Notes: generated by a model from the sequence alone, not told the origin. A stretch of 64,000 nucleotides of DNA from Rebecca billardiae RCC1528 (GCA_965240325.2 OZ251225.1:1550001-1614000), one strand, 5' to 3'; positions 31,338 through 44,573 are shown, numbered from the stretch's first letter. Translations and numbers: made by a program.

Positions 31338-32492
31338 ATGGCAGAGACAGTCAAGATCAACGTGAAGTGCTCGAACGGGCAGACGATCTCGTTCGACGTG
31401 GACACGAGCAAGACAGTGCGCGAGCTCAAGGAGCAGGTCGCCGAGAAGTGCGAGATCCCCGCCGCGTCGCAGCGGCTGATCTTCAGCGGCAAGGTGCTGA
31501 AGGACGACAACACGGTCGACTCGTACGGCGTGAAGGACAACCAGACGATGCACGTCGTGCGCGGCGCGCCGCCGCCGGGCAGTGCGCCCCCACAGCCCAC
31601 GCCGGCCTCGACGACGCCCGCGCCGACGCCGGCGCAGCCCACGCCCACGCCGGCGGCCACAGGCGCGCCCACCCCGCCGGTGCAGCTTGGCAACCTCGGC
31701 GGCGGCGGCATGGGCGGCGGGATGGGCGGCGCCCTGGGCGGCCTGGGCGGCCTGGGCGGTATGGGCGGTATGGGCGGCATGGGCGGCGGCATGGGCGGCG
31801 GCATGGGCGGCGGCATGGGCGGCATGCCCCCACCCAACCCCGAGCTGATGGCAACGATGATGCAAAACCCGCAGATGCAGCAGATGATGATGCAGATGAT
31901 GCAGGACCCGCAGATCATGCAGCAGATGATGGGCGGGCTGCCGCCGGGTGTGGACCCGCAGATGATGGCGGAGATGCTCCAGAACCCCGCGATGCAGCAG
32001 ATGATGCAGACCGTCATGTCCAACCCGCAGCTCATGCAGCAGATGATGGCAAACCATCCGCTTATGGGCGGCGCTGGCGCCGGCGGCCTCGGCGGCCTCG
32101 GCGCCCTCGGCGGCGGCATGGCCAACCCGCTGCTTGCGCCGCCGCAGCCGCCGGCGACCGGTGCGAACGCGACGACGGACGGCGCCGCGCTGGGCACGAA
32201 CCCCGGCGCGGGTGCTCAGGCCCAGCAGGCGCAGCAGCTCGCCGCCCTCCTCGGCGCGATGGGCGGCGGCGGGATGGGCGGGATGGGCGGGATGGGCGGG
32301 ATGGGCGGGATGGGTGGCGGCGGCGCACCGCCGGCGCAGCCGGCCGTCTCGCCTGAGCTGCAGTATGCCACGCAGCTGGGCATGCTCAACGACATGGGCT
32401 TCTTCGACCCGACGGCCAACCTCAACGCGCTCGTCGCCACAGGCGGCAATGTAAATGCTGCCGTGGAGCGCCTGCTGGGCGGCGGCCAATGA
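31338..32492 (+). CDS. DSK2: Ubiquilin/DSK2 (UBL-STI1-UBA)
   Basis: UBL (QRLIFSGKVLKD..TMHVV), Met/Gln-rich STI1 repeats, UBA (YATQLGMLNDMGF..NLNALVATGGNVNAAVERLL). Confidence 0.95.
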   Translation: MAETVKINVKCSNGQTISFDVDTSKTVRELKEQVAEKCEIPAASQRLIFSGKVLKDDNTVDSYGVKDNQTMHVVRGAPPPGSAPPQPTPASTTPAPTPAQPTPTPAATGAPTPPVQLGNLGGGGMGGGMGGALGGLGGLGGMGGMGGMGGGMGGGMGGGMGGMPPPNPELMATMMQNPQMQQMMMQMMQDPQIMQQMMGGLPPGVDPQMMAEMLQNPAMQQMMQTVMSNPQLMQQMMANHPLMGGAGAGGLGGLGALGGGMANPLLAPPQPPATGANATTDGAALGTNPGAGAQAQQAQQLAALLGAMGGGGMGGMGGMGGMGGMGGGGAPPAQPAVSPELQYATQLGMLNDMGFFDPTANLNALVATGGNVNAAVERLLGGGQ

Positions 32493-32988
32493 GCGGGCAG
32501 CTGCCGAGCGTGCAGCCATGAGCCGCATGGTCTGCTGGCTGGCTGCTGACCTGGCGAACGTGGGCTTGAACCTCTCATCGAGGCCCATGCAAATTTGTCC
32601 GCGCGCCAGCGTGCGGTGGCGTGGCAGGGGCGGACGTATGCGGAACTGACCGCGTGCGGATACACCTGCAGCGTGTGTCACAGGCCGCACTGCCACGGCA
32701 TGCGGGCCACGGCAGTCAATCACAGTGTTCCGAACAAAAGGTCTGATGAATAATAACGTCGCATCCGGCGTGTACACAATATATAACTCATACTATCAGC
32801 ATAAATGATAATATAATGATGATATATGAATTTCTACTGTGCGCTGATACTAAGTCTAATCGGAATACTAAATAGTCCATCACCGCCTCGGACATTCGAA
32901 GTGATGATCCGAGTCTGCCGCCACAGCCACAGTAGTGCCACTGCATGGAGAGCGTCTATATTGATCCCGCGCGCAGCACCGCCGGGCC

Positions 32989-35415
32989 TCACACGACCTT
33001 GTTGAGGCGTCGCACGACGCCGCCTGACGACTTGACGAGCGAGGGCTGGCCGCGGGGTCGGATGACCTCATCCGAGTCATCCGCGCCGTCGGCGGCATCG
33101 GCCGAGTCGGCGGTCGCCGCATCAGGTGGCGCGGACTCAGAGCCGGCCACAGGCGTGCGTGACTCATCAGACGCAGCCGTCTTTGCAGCAGCGCCGTCCG
33201 CAGCGGCGGGCGCGCTCTCCGCCGCCCTGAGGCGCGCGCGGGCCGTGGGCGCGGAGCGCAACGGCAGCGTGTGAGCGAGAGCTTGGTGGCTGCGGGCGTG
33301 CCTCGCGCGGGCACGCGCAGCGGCGGTGGGCGGCGGCGCACCTGCGCCGAATCTCCTTGAACGCATCCAGATTCGCGTAGTACAGCCCAGTCTGCGGGTC
33401 TCGGTACTTTGCCGGCAGGCCGGTGATGGCGCACACTTTGGCGGCCGGGCCTGTGGCGCGGCAGGGCGCGCGTCGCATGTGGTGGTTGAGTGCACGTCTC
33501 CGCACCCGTGCTGAGCGATGGGCGCGGCGGGTCGGCGGCGGTGCCGAGCGCGCACCGATCACGTCGGCGGGCTTTGGCTTCGCAGCCTTGCCCTCGTCCG
33601 CCGCGCGCGCGCCCACAACCTCCGGTGTCTCCAGATCCGCCGCCGGCGCCCCTGTCTCCGGGGCGTCTGCCGCGGGCGCGCTCAGCGCACCGCCGAGGGC
33701 GGCGCCGCCGTCGTCGGCCGCGGCCGCGTCGGCGGGCGCCTCCGCGGCGCCATACTTGGCCGCCGCCGCCTCGCGGCGCTCCTGCTCGCGCGCGCGGTCG
33801 AACTCAAAGCGCACCCAGCTCGCGTGCACGCCGTCGAGCGCCTCCGAGCCCGGCGCAGGCGCCAGCCCGGCGCGCTCGCCCAGCTCGAGCACCTTGTGGC
33901 AGTACGCGCGCTTCGCCTCCTTGTGCACCTCGACGAGGAAGCGCGCGGACTCGACGCTGAGCGTGGCGCGCGGCGCGAGCACCTTGCACAGGAACGCCGC
34001 GAGCAGGTGCGCCGCGTGCGAGCCCACGTGCGCGTGCGCGAACCGGCCGCCGAGCCGCGCCTTGCCGAGCGTGTCGAGAGGGGAGCCCGTGAGAAGCAGC
34101 AGGCGGAACTTGGGCAGCGCCTGCAGCCGGCGGCGCGCGAGCTCGCGCTGCTTGGCGGCGCGCTGCTCGGCCTCGGCGGCGGCGGCGGCAGCTGCGGCCT
34201 CCGCGCTCAGCGCGCCGCCGCCGCCCTCCTCCTCCTCCTCCTCCTCCTCGGCGCCCCCCTCCTGCACCTGCTGCAGCGGGCGCGGGCCCGGCTGGTCGGA
34301 GCGCAGGAACCCCTTCTGCCAGCCCGCGCCCACCGACGAGCCGTACGCAAAGTCGTCGAAGTCCTCCTGCTTCACGCCGAACGGCTTGCCCGTCTCCAGC
34401 CGGTGGAACCAGCCGACCACGTTGTAGTACGCCACGTCGCACGCCGTCTTGAGCTGCTGCTCCGAGCGCCGCTGGAAGAAGCGCGAGTCGTCGCACTCGA
34501 CGCCGAGCGCGGCGTACGGCGAGTTGACGACGTCGCCCCAGAAGCCGCGCTTGAGCACCGAGGCGCCGCGCTGCTTGCCCGCCGCGCTCGAGGCGAGCGA
34601 GCGGTTCGGGCTGTCGTACGCCGCGTCGCGCAGCTCGAACGCCAGCCCGCTCATCCGCCACTCGCGGAAGTGCACGCGGTGAATGATCGGCGCGGTCTCG
34701 ACGAGGCCCATCGAGTAGTCCCAGTCGAGGACGTTGCGCCGGTGGTCGTACCGGTCCTTGTAGAAGGCGCGCAGCCGCTCGTCGCGCAGCTTGACCACGT
34801 CGAACGGCACGCCCTCGAGCCACGTGCCCACCGCCTCCTCGAGCGCATCCTTCTGCTTCATCTTGAGGCCGGAGAGGTCAAACAGCGGCGCGAGCGGCCC
34901 TTCGCCCCGCGCGAGCGCGCGCTTGAGCTCCTGCGCGCGCGCCGCGACGTACGCGGCGGTGCGCTCGCGCAGGACGACGTTCGCGAACACCTGCGCGCGC
35001 GAAGGCGGGCGCGCGCGAGCACGTCGGTCAGCGCTCGCCCGGCCCGACTCGGGCGGCGGGAGGCGGGCGGCGCGGCGCGCGCGCGGCGGCATACCTCGAG
35101 CCAGACTTCGGCGCGCTCGCGGCGAGGCAGCTCAAAGTCGAGCGCAATGGCGACGAGGAGCAGGTGCCGCGCGAGCGCCTCGGGCGTGTCCTCGTACACG
35201 GCGAACTCGAGCTCGCGCTCGGACGGCGCACCCTCTCGCGCGCGCGCGCGCGCGAGCGTGTGCAGGATGTGGCGCGCATCGCCCGGGCAGAGCAGCAGCG
35301 TCGCGTGTGGCATCGAATCGTCCGCAGGGGGCTCCGCCGAGGCCTCGCGCACGTCGTACGACGGCGAGAAGCCCCAGAAGCGGTGTGGCCCGGAGCCGGG
35401 GAGCTGGTGAGCCAT
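32989..35415 (-). CDS. DNAAF3: Dynein axonemal assembly factor 3 (PF22) with YL1_C-like C-terminal domain; introns 34991-35094, 33451-33555, 33227-33341
   Basis: FWGFSP..GDARHIL.T..EALARHLLL (DUF4470); RLR.FY..RYD.R.N..DWDY, EWR.SG.AFE, PNRSLAS, GFWGDVVNSPY (DUF4471); GT-AG splices keep frame. Confidence 0.88.
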
Positions 35416-35629
35416 GGCGCCGAGCTAACGGCCCGCGTATCCGCCGTTCGCGGGCTGACGGGGCTGGCTGTTTTTATGGAACTTGGGCCAGTGGCCACGA
35501 TGGCGGCGGCGGACCGGCGGCTTCACACAATCAGGGCACAATCATGGCGACAATCATCGCGGCTCGACCAACGGTCGGCATGCACGTGCCCTGCAGCCGT
35601 CAGCCGTGCAGCGCGTGTCGGCGCGCTGT

Positions 35630-35905
35630 CGCATCGGCGCGGCGCGCTGTCGCATCGGCGCCCAGTCGGCGAGTTCGGACGACGACGTTTTGTGGACGAC
35701 GGTGGGGCGAGGACGACGGGCGCTCACGCTGGCGCGCCGCGAGGCGGCCGCAGCCCTCATCCAGGCCTCGCAGGCGGACGGCTGAACGATTTTTTCCGGC
35801 GGCGCTACCATCGGCGACGGCTTCATGGGCGGTGACAGTTGGCGGGCGTCAATCTCGCCTGCCTGAGCTGTGTGCGTACCTCTTATTCTTAGTCAACTGC
35901 AGTAC
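35630..35905 (+). repeat. Second copy of the ~290-bp repeat with a degenerate terminal motif
   Basis: Homologous to 673-961. Confidence 0.8.
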
Positions 35906-36316
35906 AGCGGCCCGTCGGCGGCCTGATGGCTGATGAGCCGTACGAGTCGAGGTGTGTGACAGTCTGTACCGGCGTTTGCTGTGCGGCCGACACGCCAGGC
36001 ACTCGGTGGCCGCGCCGTGCCGTCGGCCGCGCACTGGCCAGAGTGCGCGCCGGGCCCGTGGACAGAGATGGGAGGGCGGACCGACGCCAGACTCCTGTCG
36101 GTGTCAGCCTTGGACTTGAATGTGAGTTGTGATGACCGCGGCAGCGCGGGGAGCAGCAGGCAGCTGCCGCGCGCTGCAGCGGGGGCACGGACAACAGGCA
36201 TCGGGAGAGACAACCCGCGCCAACCAAGGGCAGCGGTCGCGCGTGCAGAGGCCCGCCTCGCACGGCCAGCCGGCCACACGCGCAACGGCCGCCCAGCCGC
36301 GCCACGGCGGCTCGGC

Positions 36317-39300
36317 TCAGCTCGCGGCCGCGCGCTGCCGCAGCGCGCTCAGCTCGCGCCGCATCTCCGCAACTGCGGCGCTCATGTCCGCCTTGTCGCG
36401 CCGCGCGTCGGCCACCTCGGACGCCGCGCGCTCGGCGGCGCGCACTGCGTTGGCGCGCTCCGTCGCCAGCGCCTCGGCGCGCCGCTCGGCCGCCTGCGCC
36501 GCCTGCGCTCGCGCCGCATCGCAGGTCGCGCGCGGCGGGCGCGTGCGTGCGGCCGTGTGAGCGCGCGCGACGACCGCCACGGCGCACGGCGCGCGCGCGC
36601 GTGGGCGCGTGGCAGGTCTGCGCGCACACACCTGAGCACTCTCGCGCGCGCGCGTGCGCGCCTCAGCGAGCTGCGTGCGCAGCGCCTGGAGCTCGTCAGC
36701 GAGCGCGGTGCGCGCCTCCGCCGCGCGCGCGTCCGTCGAGCCGCTGTGCAGCAGCCGCCCCTCCGCATCGCGCAGCGCGCGGCGCGCATCGGCCAGGTCC
36801 GCTCGCGCCTCGTCCGCGCCCGCTTGGGCGTCGTCGCGCGCCGCCTGCGCCTCGGCGAGCTCGTTGGCGAGCTGCGCGGCGCGCGCGTGCGTGGCGTGCA
36901 GCTCGTCCGCCTGCGTGGCGATCACTTGCTCCTTCTCGTTCAGCTGCGCGCACAGGCAGCGGCAGCGGCAGCGGCAGCGGCAGCGGCAGCGGCAGCGGCA
37001 GCGGCAGCGGCAGCGGCAGCGGCAGCGGCGGCGGCAGTGGCAGCGGCAGCGGCGGGGAGCAGTGAGCAGGCAGCGGCGCGGCCCGCAGCGCGGTCGCGCA
37101 CGCGCGGGGTGGGCTGAGGGGGCACGCTCGGCGACGGCGCGGCGCGCGCGCACCCGGTGCGTCAGGTCGGCCATCTCCTCCTCGTACCCCCTGAGCACAG
37201 CCATGTGCTTGGCCGAGCTGGCCGCCGCGGCCGAGGCGGCCTCGCGACGCTCCGCCGCGGCGGCAGAGTGCGGCGGCGGCGGCGGTGGGCTCGGGCTCGT
37301 GCTGGCGCCGGCCATCGCGGCGCCCGCGGCGAGGCGGCGGCGGAGGTGCGAGATCTCCTGCTCGAGCTCCGCGCGCGTCGCGCGCAGCATCCGCACCTCC
37401 GCGTCCGCCGTGAGCGCGCCGGCCTCCGCCAGCGCCGCGCGCTCAGCAAGCTCGTCCGCCGCGGCGCGCGCGCGCGGCTGCTGCGAGTCCGCAGACGCGG
37501 CCGCGCTCGCGACGCGGCCGCGGACGGCCTGGAGGAGCGCCTCGAGCTCTGCGGCGCGGGCGCGCTCGGCCGCGAGCGCGCGCGCCGCCGCGTCGCGCTC
37601 CGCCGACGAGCGCTCCGCCGCCGCCTGCAGCGCGGCGCACTCCTCGTGCATCGCTACGAGCGATCGCTGGAGCCCATCTGTAGCGGAGGTGGTCGCGCCC
37701 GCGTACTGGCGAGCGGATCGCAGCTCGCGCTGCGTGCCGTCGAGCTCGGCCTCGAGGGCGGCGATGCGCGAGGCGGCCTCGCCCAGCTCGCGCGACAGCG
37801 CCTCGGTCTGCCGCTCGTGCGCGCGCAGGTCCACGGCCTGGCGGTGAAGCCCCTCCGCGGCGGCGGCGAGCTCGGTGCGCGCCGCCTCGAGCTGAGCGGA
37901 CAACTGCTGCGTGCCTGACGCCGCCTCGTCGCGCTCGGCGGAGGCGCGCTCGGCGGCGCGGCGCGCGGCCTCGGCCTCGGCGGCGAGCTGCTGGTACGCC
38001 GCGATCAGCTGGTCCCGCTCGTGCGCCACCGCCGTCGACGTCTGCTCGAGCATCGCCGCGCGCTCGGCGGCGCCGCCGAGTCGCGCGAGCGCGCTCGACT
38101 GCTCGCCGGCCCGGTCGGCGAGCTCGGCCGCGACGATTTGGTTCTCGCGAGTCATCGCCTCGAGGTCGCCCGCGGCGGCGCCGAGCTCGGACTCCTGCGC
38201 GGCGCAGCGCGCCTCGAGCGCGTCCGCGCGCTGCTGCAGCTCCGCCGCGCGCGCGCCCACGCGCGCCAGCTCCGCCTCGCGAGAGGCGAGCAGCGCGTTG
38301 GCTCGGCCGAGCGCCGCGCGCGCCGCGTCCGCGTCTTCGCGCGCGTGCGCGCACTCGTCGCGCGCGCGCTCGGCGTCGGCGCCGAGCTGGGTGCGCGCCT
38401 CGTCGGCGGCGTCGAGCTGCGCGGCGAGTGCGTCGCGCTCGCGGTCCAGCGCGCGAAGCCGCCCCATCGCCTCCTCGCGCGCCGCCTCCGCCTCGGCGGC
38501 GGCGGCGCGCGCCGAGTCCCGCTCGGCGCGCGCGTCGGCCACGCGGCCCTCGGTGCTCTCGAGGTCAGAGGTGGCGGCGCGCAGCCGGAGGGCGGCGCCG
38601 TCGCGCGCGCCGTCGACGGCGGAGACGAGCGCGCGGAGCTGCTCCGCCTCGGACCGCGCGTCCGCCTCCGCCGCGCGCGCCTCCGCCGCCTCCTTCGCCG
38701 CGTCGCGCGCCCGGTCCTCCGCGGTGCGCGCCGCCGTCCGCGCCGCGTCGCGATCGGCGAGCGCGGCGTCGCGCTCGCGCGCGAGCGCGCCGCCCTCGCT
38801 GACGACGCCGCGGGACTCGGCGGCGGCGTCGTCGCGCGCGGCGCGCGCGCGCTGGGCGAGCGAGGCGGCCAGGCTCGCCTCCTCGCGCGCGCCCGCCTCG
38901 CGCGCCTCCGCCTCGCGCGCCGCCGCCGCCGCGTCGTCACGCGCCGCCTCCGCGCGCCGCCGCGCCGCCGCCTCGGCCGCCGCGTCCGCGCGCGCGCGCC
39001 TCACTTCCTCGCGAAGGCCGTCCAGCTCGGCGCTGGCCTCGGCGGTGCCGAGCTCGGCGGTGCGCGCGGCGTGCGCGGCGCGCTCGGCCGACGCCGCCGC
39101 GTTCTGCTGCTCCGTCTCCAGCGCCGCCGCCGCCGCGCGCAGCACCTCAAGCTGCGTGCTCGCCTGAACGAGCTCGGCGCGCGCCGCGTCCGCGTCGGCG
39201 CGCGCGGCGCGCGCCGACGCCGCCTCGCGCGCCGCGCGCGACGCCGCGGCGTCGGCGTCGGCGCGCGCGGCTGCGGCGTCGGCGCGCGCGGCGTCGAGCT

Positions 39301-41624
39301 CGGCGCGCGTCTCGCCCGCCGCGCTCGAGCTCGCGTGCGCCTCGGCCAGCTGCCTGCGCAGCGCCGCCGCCGTGGCTTCCTTGGCGCGCGCCGCCTCGAG
39401 CGCCGCGGCCGCGTCCGCCGACGCCGCGGCCGCGGCTGCCTGCGTCTCGCGAGCCGTCGTCTCCGCGCGCGCGACGGCGTCGCGGAGCTGCGCGGCGGAG
39501 GCCTCGGCCTGGGCGCGCGCGGCGCGCTCCGCCGCGAGCGCGCGCGCCCCCTCCTCCGCCGCGTCGCGCGCGTCCTTCAGACTCAGCTCCAGCAGCTGCC
39601 GGCCGGAGCGGAGCCGAGCCAGCTCGTCCGCGGCGGCGCGCGCGTCTGCCTGCGCGTCGCGGAGTGCCGACTCGGCGGCGGAGGCGCGCGCGACGGCCTC
39701 GTTGCGCGCGTCGGTGAGCGCGCCGAGGCGCGCGTCCGCGCTCGCCGCCTCGCGCGTCGCGCCCGCCGCCTCGCGCTCCGCCACGCCCATCCGCGCGCGC
39801 AACGCGTCGGTTTCAGCCGCCTCCGCGTCGGAGCGCGCCTGCAGCGTCGCGACTGCGTCCCGATACGATTCGGCCTCGGACGCGGCGGCGCGCGTGCGCT
39901 CCTCGAGGGCGCGCATCGCGGCGGCCTGCGAGTCGAGCGCGGCGCGCGCGCTCGACGCCGCCTCCTCCGCCTCGCTCAGCCGCAGCTCGAGCGCCGCCTT
40001 CTCTGCGGAGACACGCGCTAGCTCGGCGGTGGCCTTGCGCACCTGTCCGCCGCTTACGCCGCCGCCGCCGCCGCCGCCCTCGGCCGAGGCGCCGGCGCGC
40101 GCGCTCGCCTTGCCGGCGAGCGCGGCGTTCTCCGCGCGCAGCGTGCCGAGCTCGGCGCGCACGGACTCGAGCTCGCCGCGCAGCGCCCGAATCGTCCGCT
40201 CCTGCTGCGCCGTCGCTGGCTGCCGCTTGGTCACAGCGCCGGCGGCCGGGCGGCGCGCGTCCACGCCGCCGCCGCCGTCGCCGTCATCGGTGTCCGCGCC
40301 GCCGCCGTCGGCCGCGGCGGCGACCGAGCCAGAGCGCGCGCCGAGGCTGGTGGCGAGCGTGCGCAGCCCCTCGATCTCCTTCCGCGCGCGGCGGCGCTCC
40401 GCGCTCGCCTTGTCCAGCGCCGCGCGCAGCTCGACCTCCTTCGCTTCCGCCTTCTGAAGCCGTTCCTTAAGAGGCACGCGAGCGCCGCCGCCGCCGCCGC
40501 CAAACCCGCCCGCGTACCCCGAGCCCTCGTCCGCGGCGACGTTGACGACGTGGTTGGCGGCGACGTCGAGCTGCCGCGTGAGGTGCTCGATCTGCCGCCG
40601 CTGCTCCTCCACGCGGTGCTCCAGCCCGAGCACGCGAGGCTGCCCGCCTTCCTCCACCCGCGCCTGCAAGCGCACCACCTCCGAGTCGCGCAGCCGCACC
40701 CGCTCCTCCAGGGAGCGCGCCGCGTGCTCCAGCTCGGACTGGACGGCGTGCGCGGCGCGCAGCGCCTCGGTCAGCTCGGCGACCTTGGACTCCGCCGCGC
40801 CGAGCGCCGAGATCGCCGCGGGCGTCGGCTGCGCCGAGCGCGGCAGGTCGCTGCCGTCGACAGTGTCCACGGGTGAGTGCGCCTCCATCGCCTCACGGCT
40901 GCGCGGCGCGGCGCGGCGCGCGGCCGGTGCGTGGGGAGGGCGAGGCGGTGAGCGCGCGCGCGCGAACAGACGCGCAGGGCCGGCGCCGGGGCGGGCGCGG
41001 GCGCCGCACGCGACGCCGGGCGCAGCGCCCGCCCGACCCCCCCTGCGCACGCCCTGAGACCAGCCCAGTCGACGCCGCGGCGCAAGCTACGGTGCTGTGG
41101 GTGGCGCGTCGCGCGGGCGGCGCGCGGGCGTCGCGGCGCACGCACCGGCCGCCGTGCGACGCGCGCTTCTTGATCTGCGCGCCCGGCGGCAGGATGAGCT
41201 GCGCCTGCTGCAGCGCCGCCTCGGCGCGCGTGCGCAACGTCTCGTTCGAGCGCTCGAGCGTCTGCAGCCGCTCGGCCTGCTGCGAGCCGACGAAGCGCAG
41301 GTTGGTGTTCTCGCGCTCGAGCGCGCGCTTGTCGCCCTCAAACCGCCGCTCGCGCGCCTCCGCCTCCTCCGCACGCCGGATCAGCTCGAGGTGGAGCTCG
41401 TTGTTCTCGCGGAGCAGGCGCGTATTGTCGCGCTTGAGCGGTTCGTGCTGCTGGCTCATGGCGAGGACCTCCTCCGCCTGCTGCTTGAGCTCGCGGTCCT
41501 TCGCGACGAGGTCGGTCAGCAGCGCGCTCACCAGCGGCGCACTGTCCTCGCTCAGCGGCTGCGTGTACCGCAGCTGCGCGAGCGTGTCGCGCAGCTGCGC
41601 CACATTCGGAACCTCGGCCACCAT
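36317..41624 (-). CDS. CEP135: Centriolar coiled-coil protein CEP135/BLD10; introns 40899-41145, 36944-37153, 36503-36631
   Basis: N-terminus LRDTLAQLRYTQPLSEDSAPLVSALLTDLV..PLKRDNTRLLRENNELHLELI resembles CEP135; internal DLEAMTRENQ; long coiled coil. Confidence 0.8.
36956..37052. repeat. (GCAGCG)n hexamer microsatellite in a CEP135 intron
   Basis: Direct reading. Confidence 0.9.
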
Positions 41625-41995
41625 CGGCGCGGCTCGTGCGTCGCGCTTGGGACGCGAAGGGCGCGTGCTCGGCGGCTACCTCGGGCCACGCGCAGCGGCG
41701 ACGCCGTGCGGGCCGCGCAGCCGGCGGCGCAGTCGCGCGGCTTGCCGAGCGGCCGCTGCTCAGTGCAGCAGGCGTGTGCCTGCCCGCAGCCGCGCGAGCT
41801 CAAAGCTCGCTGCTCGCTTGACGGTGGCGAGCCCGGTGCCACCGCTCGCGAGCCAGCGGCCGCAAACGCCCAACGGTGAGAAGTCAGAAGTTGTCCGGCC
41901 AGGACCGGGCCTCCGGACGCCACGACGGAGCCGGCAGGAGCAGCTCCTGCTGATATTATAATATTTTCTCCGCGGCGAATCTCAGCCTGCGGTTG

Positions 41996-44573
41996 GAGAC
42001 CCCTTCAGGGAAATCGGCCTCGGCTTGGGTCAGCGCGCCGCTGGTGGCTTGGGTCGCACCCAAGCCACTCGCGGCTTGGCTTGGGTCAGGGAGATCATAC
42101 GGAATGCCGCTCAGATCATATGCCGTGCGCGCATGCGCGCGGCCTCGCGGCCGTGCACGGCCGCGCACGGCCGCGCACGGCCGCGGCGGGCCGGCATTGG
42201 CGGTCGCACACCAGCGCTGGGGTGCGTGGCACCCGCCCGCGCCCTCGGGGCGTGCCCGCACGCCCTCCTCCGCCGCCGCGCAGCGCGCTTGTGCCTGCGG
42301 CCTCGCGGCCCGCCTGGGCGCGCCGAAAGCACGGGCGCACACCGAGCCGCTTGTGGCGCATCAGGCCCGGCGCGTGGGCGCATGGCATGGTCATTAGTGA
42401 GCATACGCCGTCGGGCTTTCGCGATGCCGGCTGCGCGGAGCCTCCCGACCACGAGCACCGCGCGTTGCGCAGCCGAGCCCAGGCAGTGGCCGGGCTGACC
42501 GCTCGGACGCTCGGCGCCGCCAAGCGACACATCCGCGGTCAGGACGAGGCGGCACGCAGCGTATGCGGCAGCTGTAGACTACGTGTCATGCGCCAAGCCG
42601 CGTGCGGAGTGTCAGAACGACCATCTTAGCCCTCACGATCGTGCCGCGCGTGGGGATTGCACACAAGCAGTGCTCGAGCCCGCTCCGACCGCAGGCGTCG
42701 AGCTGGGAAAGCCGTGGAGTGCTGCGCGCCGGCGCGCGCGCGCGCGAGGCAGGCCTGCGCGCGGCATCGCCCGCGCCTCGGCCATCCTATCGAGCGTGCT
42801 GCACTGTGAACATGATGCCAGCGGGGGCGTGATGTCAGCTATCGCCTTGTTGCGGAACGGAACACCTCCGCCACCCGCCAGCCTACTGGAGCGCTCAGCT
42901 CAGCGCTGTTGTGGCAATGCTGTGTGTGTTCGGCTGACAGCGCGAGGCAACGTTTGACAGCATGTCTTCTGCGCACGTGTGCCTACTAGGTGCGGTAGGC
43001 CTTGTAGAACCTCAACCCGGGACTACTCGTTGCTTGTACCAGATGAGTGCGCAGAGTCAGCACTCTGACTCAGCACGTCACTGCTGTCAGTGGTGTGCCA
43101 GCAGCGCCCAGGCTGCCGGTGCTTGAGACGGCGATGCATCGAAGCCGCTAAAGACATTGCACGCTCGGAGTAGACCACGATCGCAAGTCTGCATCGGAGA
43201 ACAGAACGCGTCCGGTGTACTCGCATGCCCTATCACAGATCGCTGCTGCAAGTATACCCGTGTCACATCAGACGAGTTGTCTGCCCCGGCACTCGGAATT
43301 GCTGAGGGCCGCGCGGGCCGAGCAAGCTATCAGGTCGCCACTCAGCTGCGATGAGTTGCCAGTTGATGCCATCACTACAGCTCAGCCGAGCGGGCAAACC
43401 TAAGAGCGCGTCTCAAGAGCGGCAAAAGCTGCATCATAGTCTTACTGTGACCGCTGTGCTGGCATCATCGCGAGCTCGTGGGCAACAGACGTCACAGCAC
43501 ATCGTCCAAGGCGTAGCCGACAGCGCTAAGCGTATGCTTGCGCGCGTAGATCCAAGATTGCCTCACTCTAGAAGGCGTGGCTCATCTGCTGCTCGCAGTA
43601 GTCGACCAGATATACAGATCAAGCGCGAGAACGGTGTGTAGTGCAGCGGGCGCATCATCGGCGACGCTACTGTCTTCGACTGAGGGCGTGACTGAGAACT
43701 GTCACCATGTGCCAAGCCCATGATGATGTAGGCAGCGCGCACTCACCACACCGGTATATCATTGGTGCAAGCACGCTCGATAGGATGGCCGAGGCGCGGG
43801 CGATGCCGCGCGCAGGCCTGCCTCGCGCGCGCGCGCGCCGGCGCGCAGCACTCCACGGCTTTCCCAGCTCGACGCCTGCGGTCGGAGCGGGCTCGAGCAC
43901 TGCTTGTGTGCAATCCCCACGCGCGGCACGATCGTGAGGGCTAAGATGGTCGTTCTGACACTCCGCACGCGGCTTGGCGCATGACACGTAGTCTATAGCT
44001 GCCGCATGCGCTGCGTGCCGCCTCGTCCTGACCGCGGATGTGTCGCTTGGCGGCGCCGAGCGTCCGAGCGGTCAGCCCGGCCACTGCCTGGGCTCGGCTG
44101 CGCAACGCGCGGTGCTCGTGGTCGGGAGGCTCCGCGCAGCCGGCATCGCGAAAGCCCGACGGCGTATGCTCACTAATGACCATGCCATGCGCCCACGCGC
44201 CGGGCCTGATGCGCCACAAGCGGCTCGGTGTGCGCCCGTGCTTTCGGCGCGCCCAGGCACAAGCGAGGCCGCAGGCACAAGCGCGCTGCGCGGCGGCGGA
44301 GGAGGGCGTGCGGGCACGCCCCGAGGGCGCGGGCGGGTGCCACGCACCCCAGCGCTGGTGTGCGACCGCCAATGCCGGCCCGCCGCGCCCGTGCGCGGCC
44401 GTGCGCGGCCGTGCACGGCCGCGAGGCCGCGCGCATGCGCGCACGGCATATGATCTGAGCGGCATTCCGTATGATCTCCCTGACCCAAGCCAAGCCGCGA
44501 GTGGCTTGGGTGCGACCCAAGCCACCAGCGGCGCGCTGACCCAAGCCGAGGCCGATTTCCCTGAAGGGGTCTC
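41996..44573. mobile_element. Non-autonomous DNA transposon with ~810-bp TIRs, GAG..CTC termini and 5-bp TSD
   Basis: TIRs 41996-42804 / 43765-44573; GGTTG at 41991-41995 and 44574-44578; ~960-bp stop-riddled interior. Confidence 0.88.
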
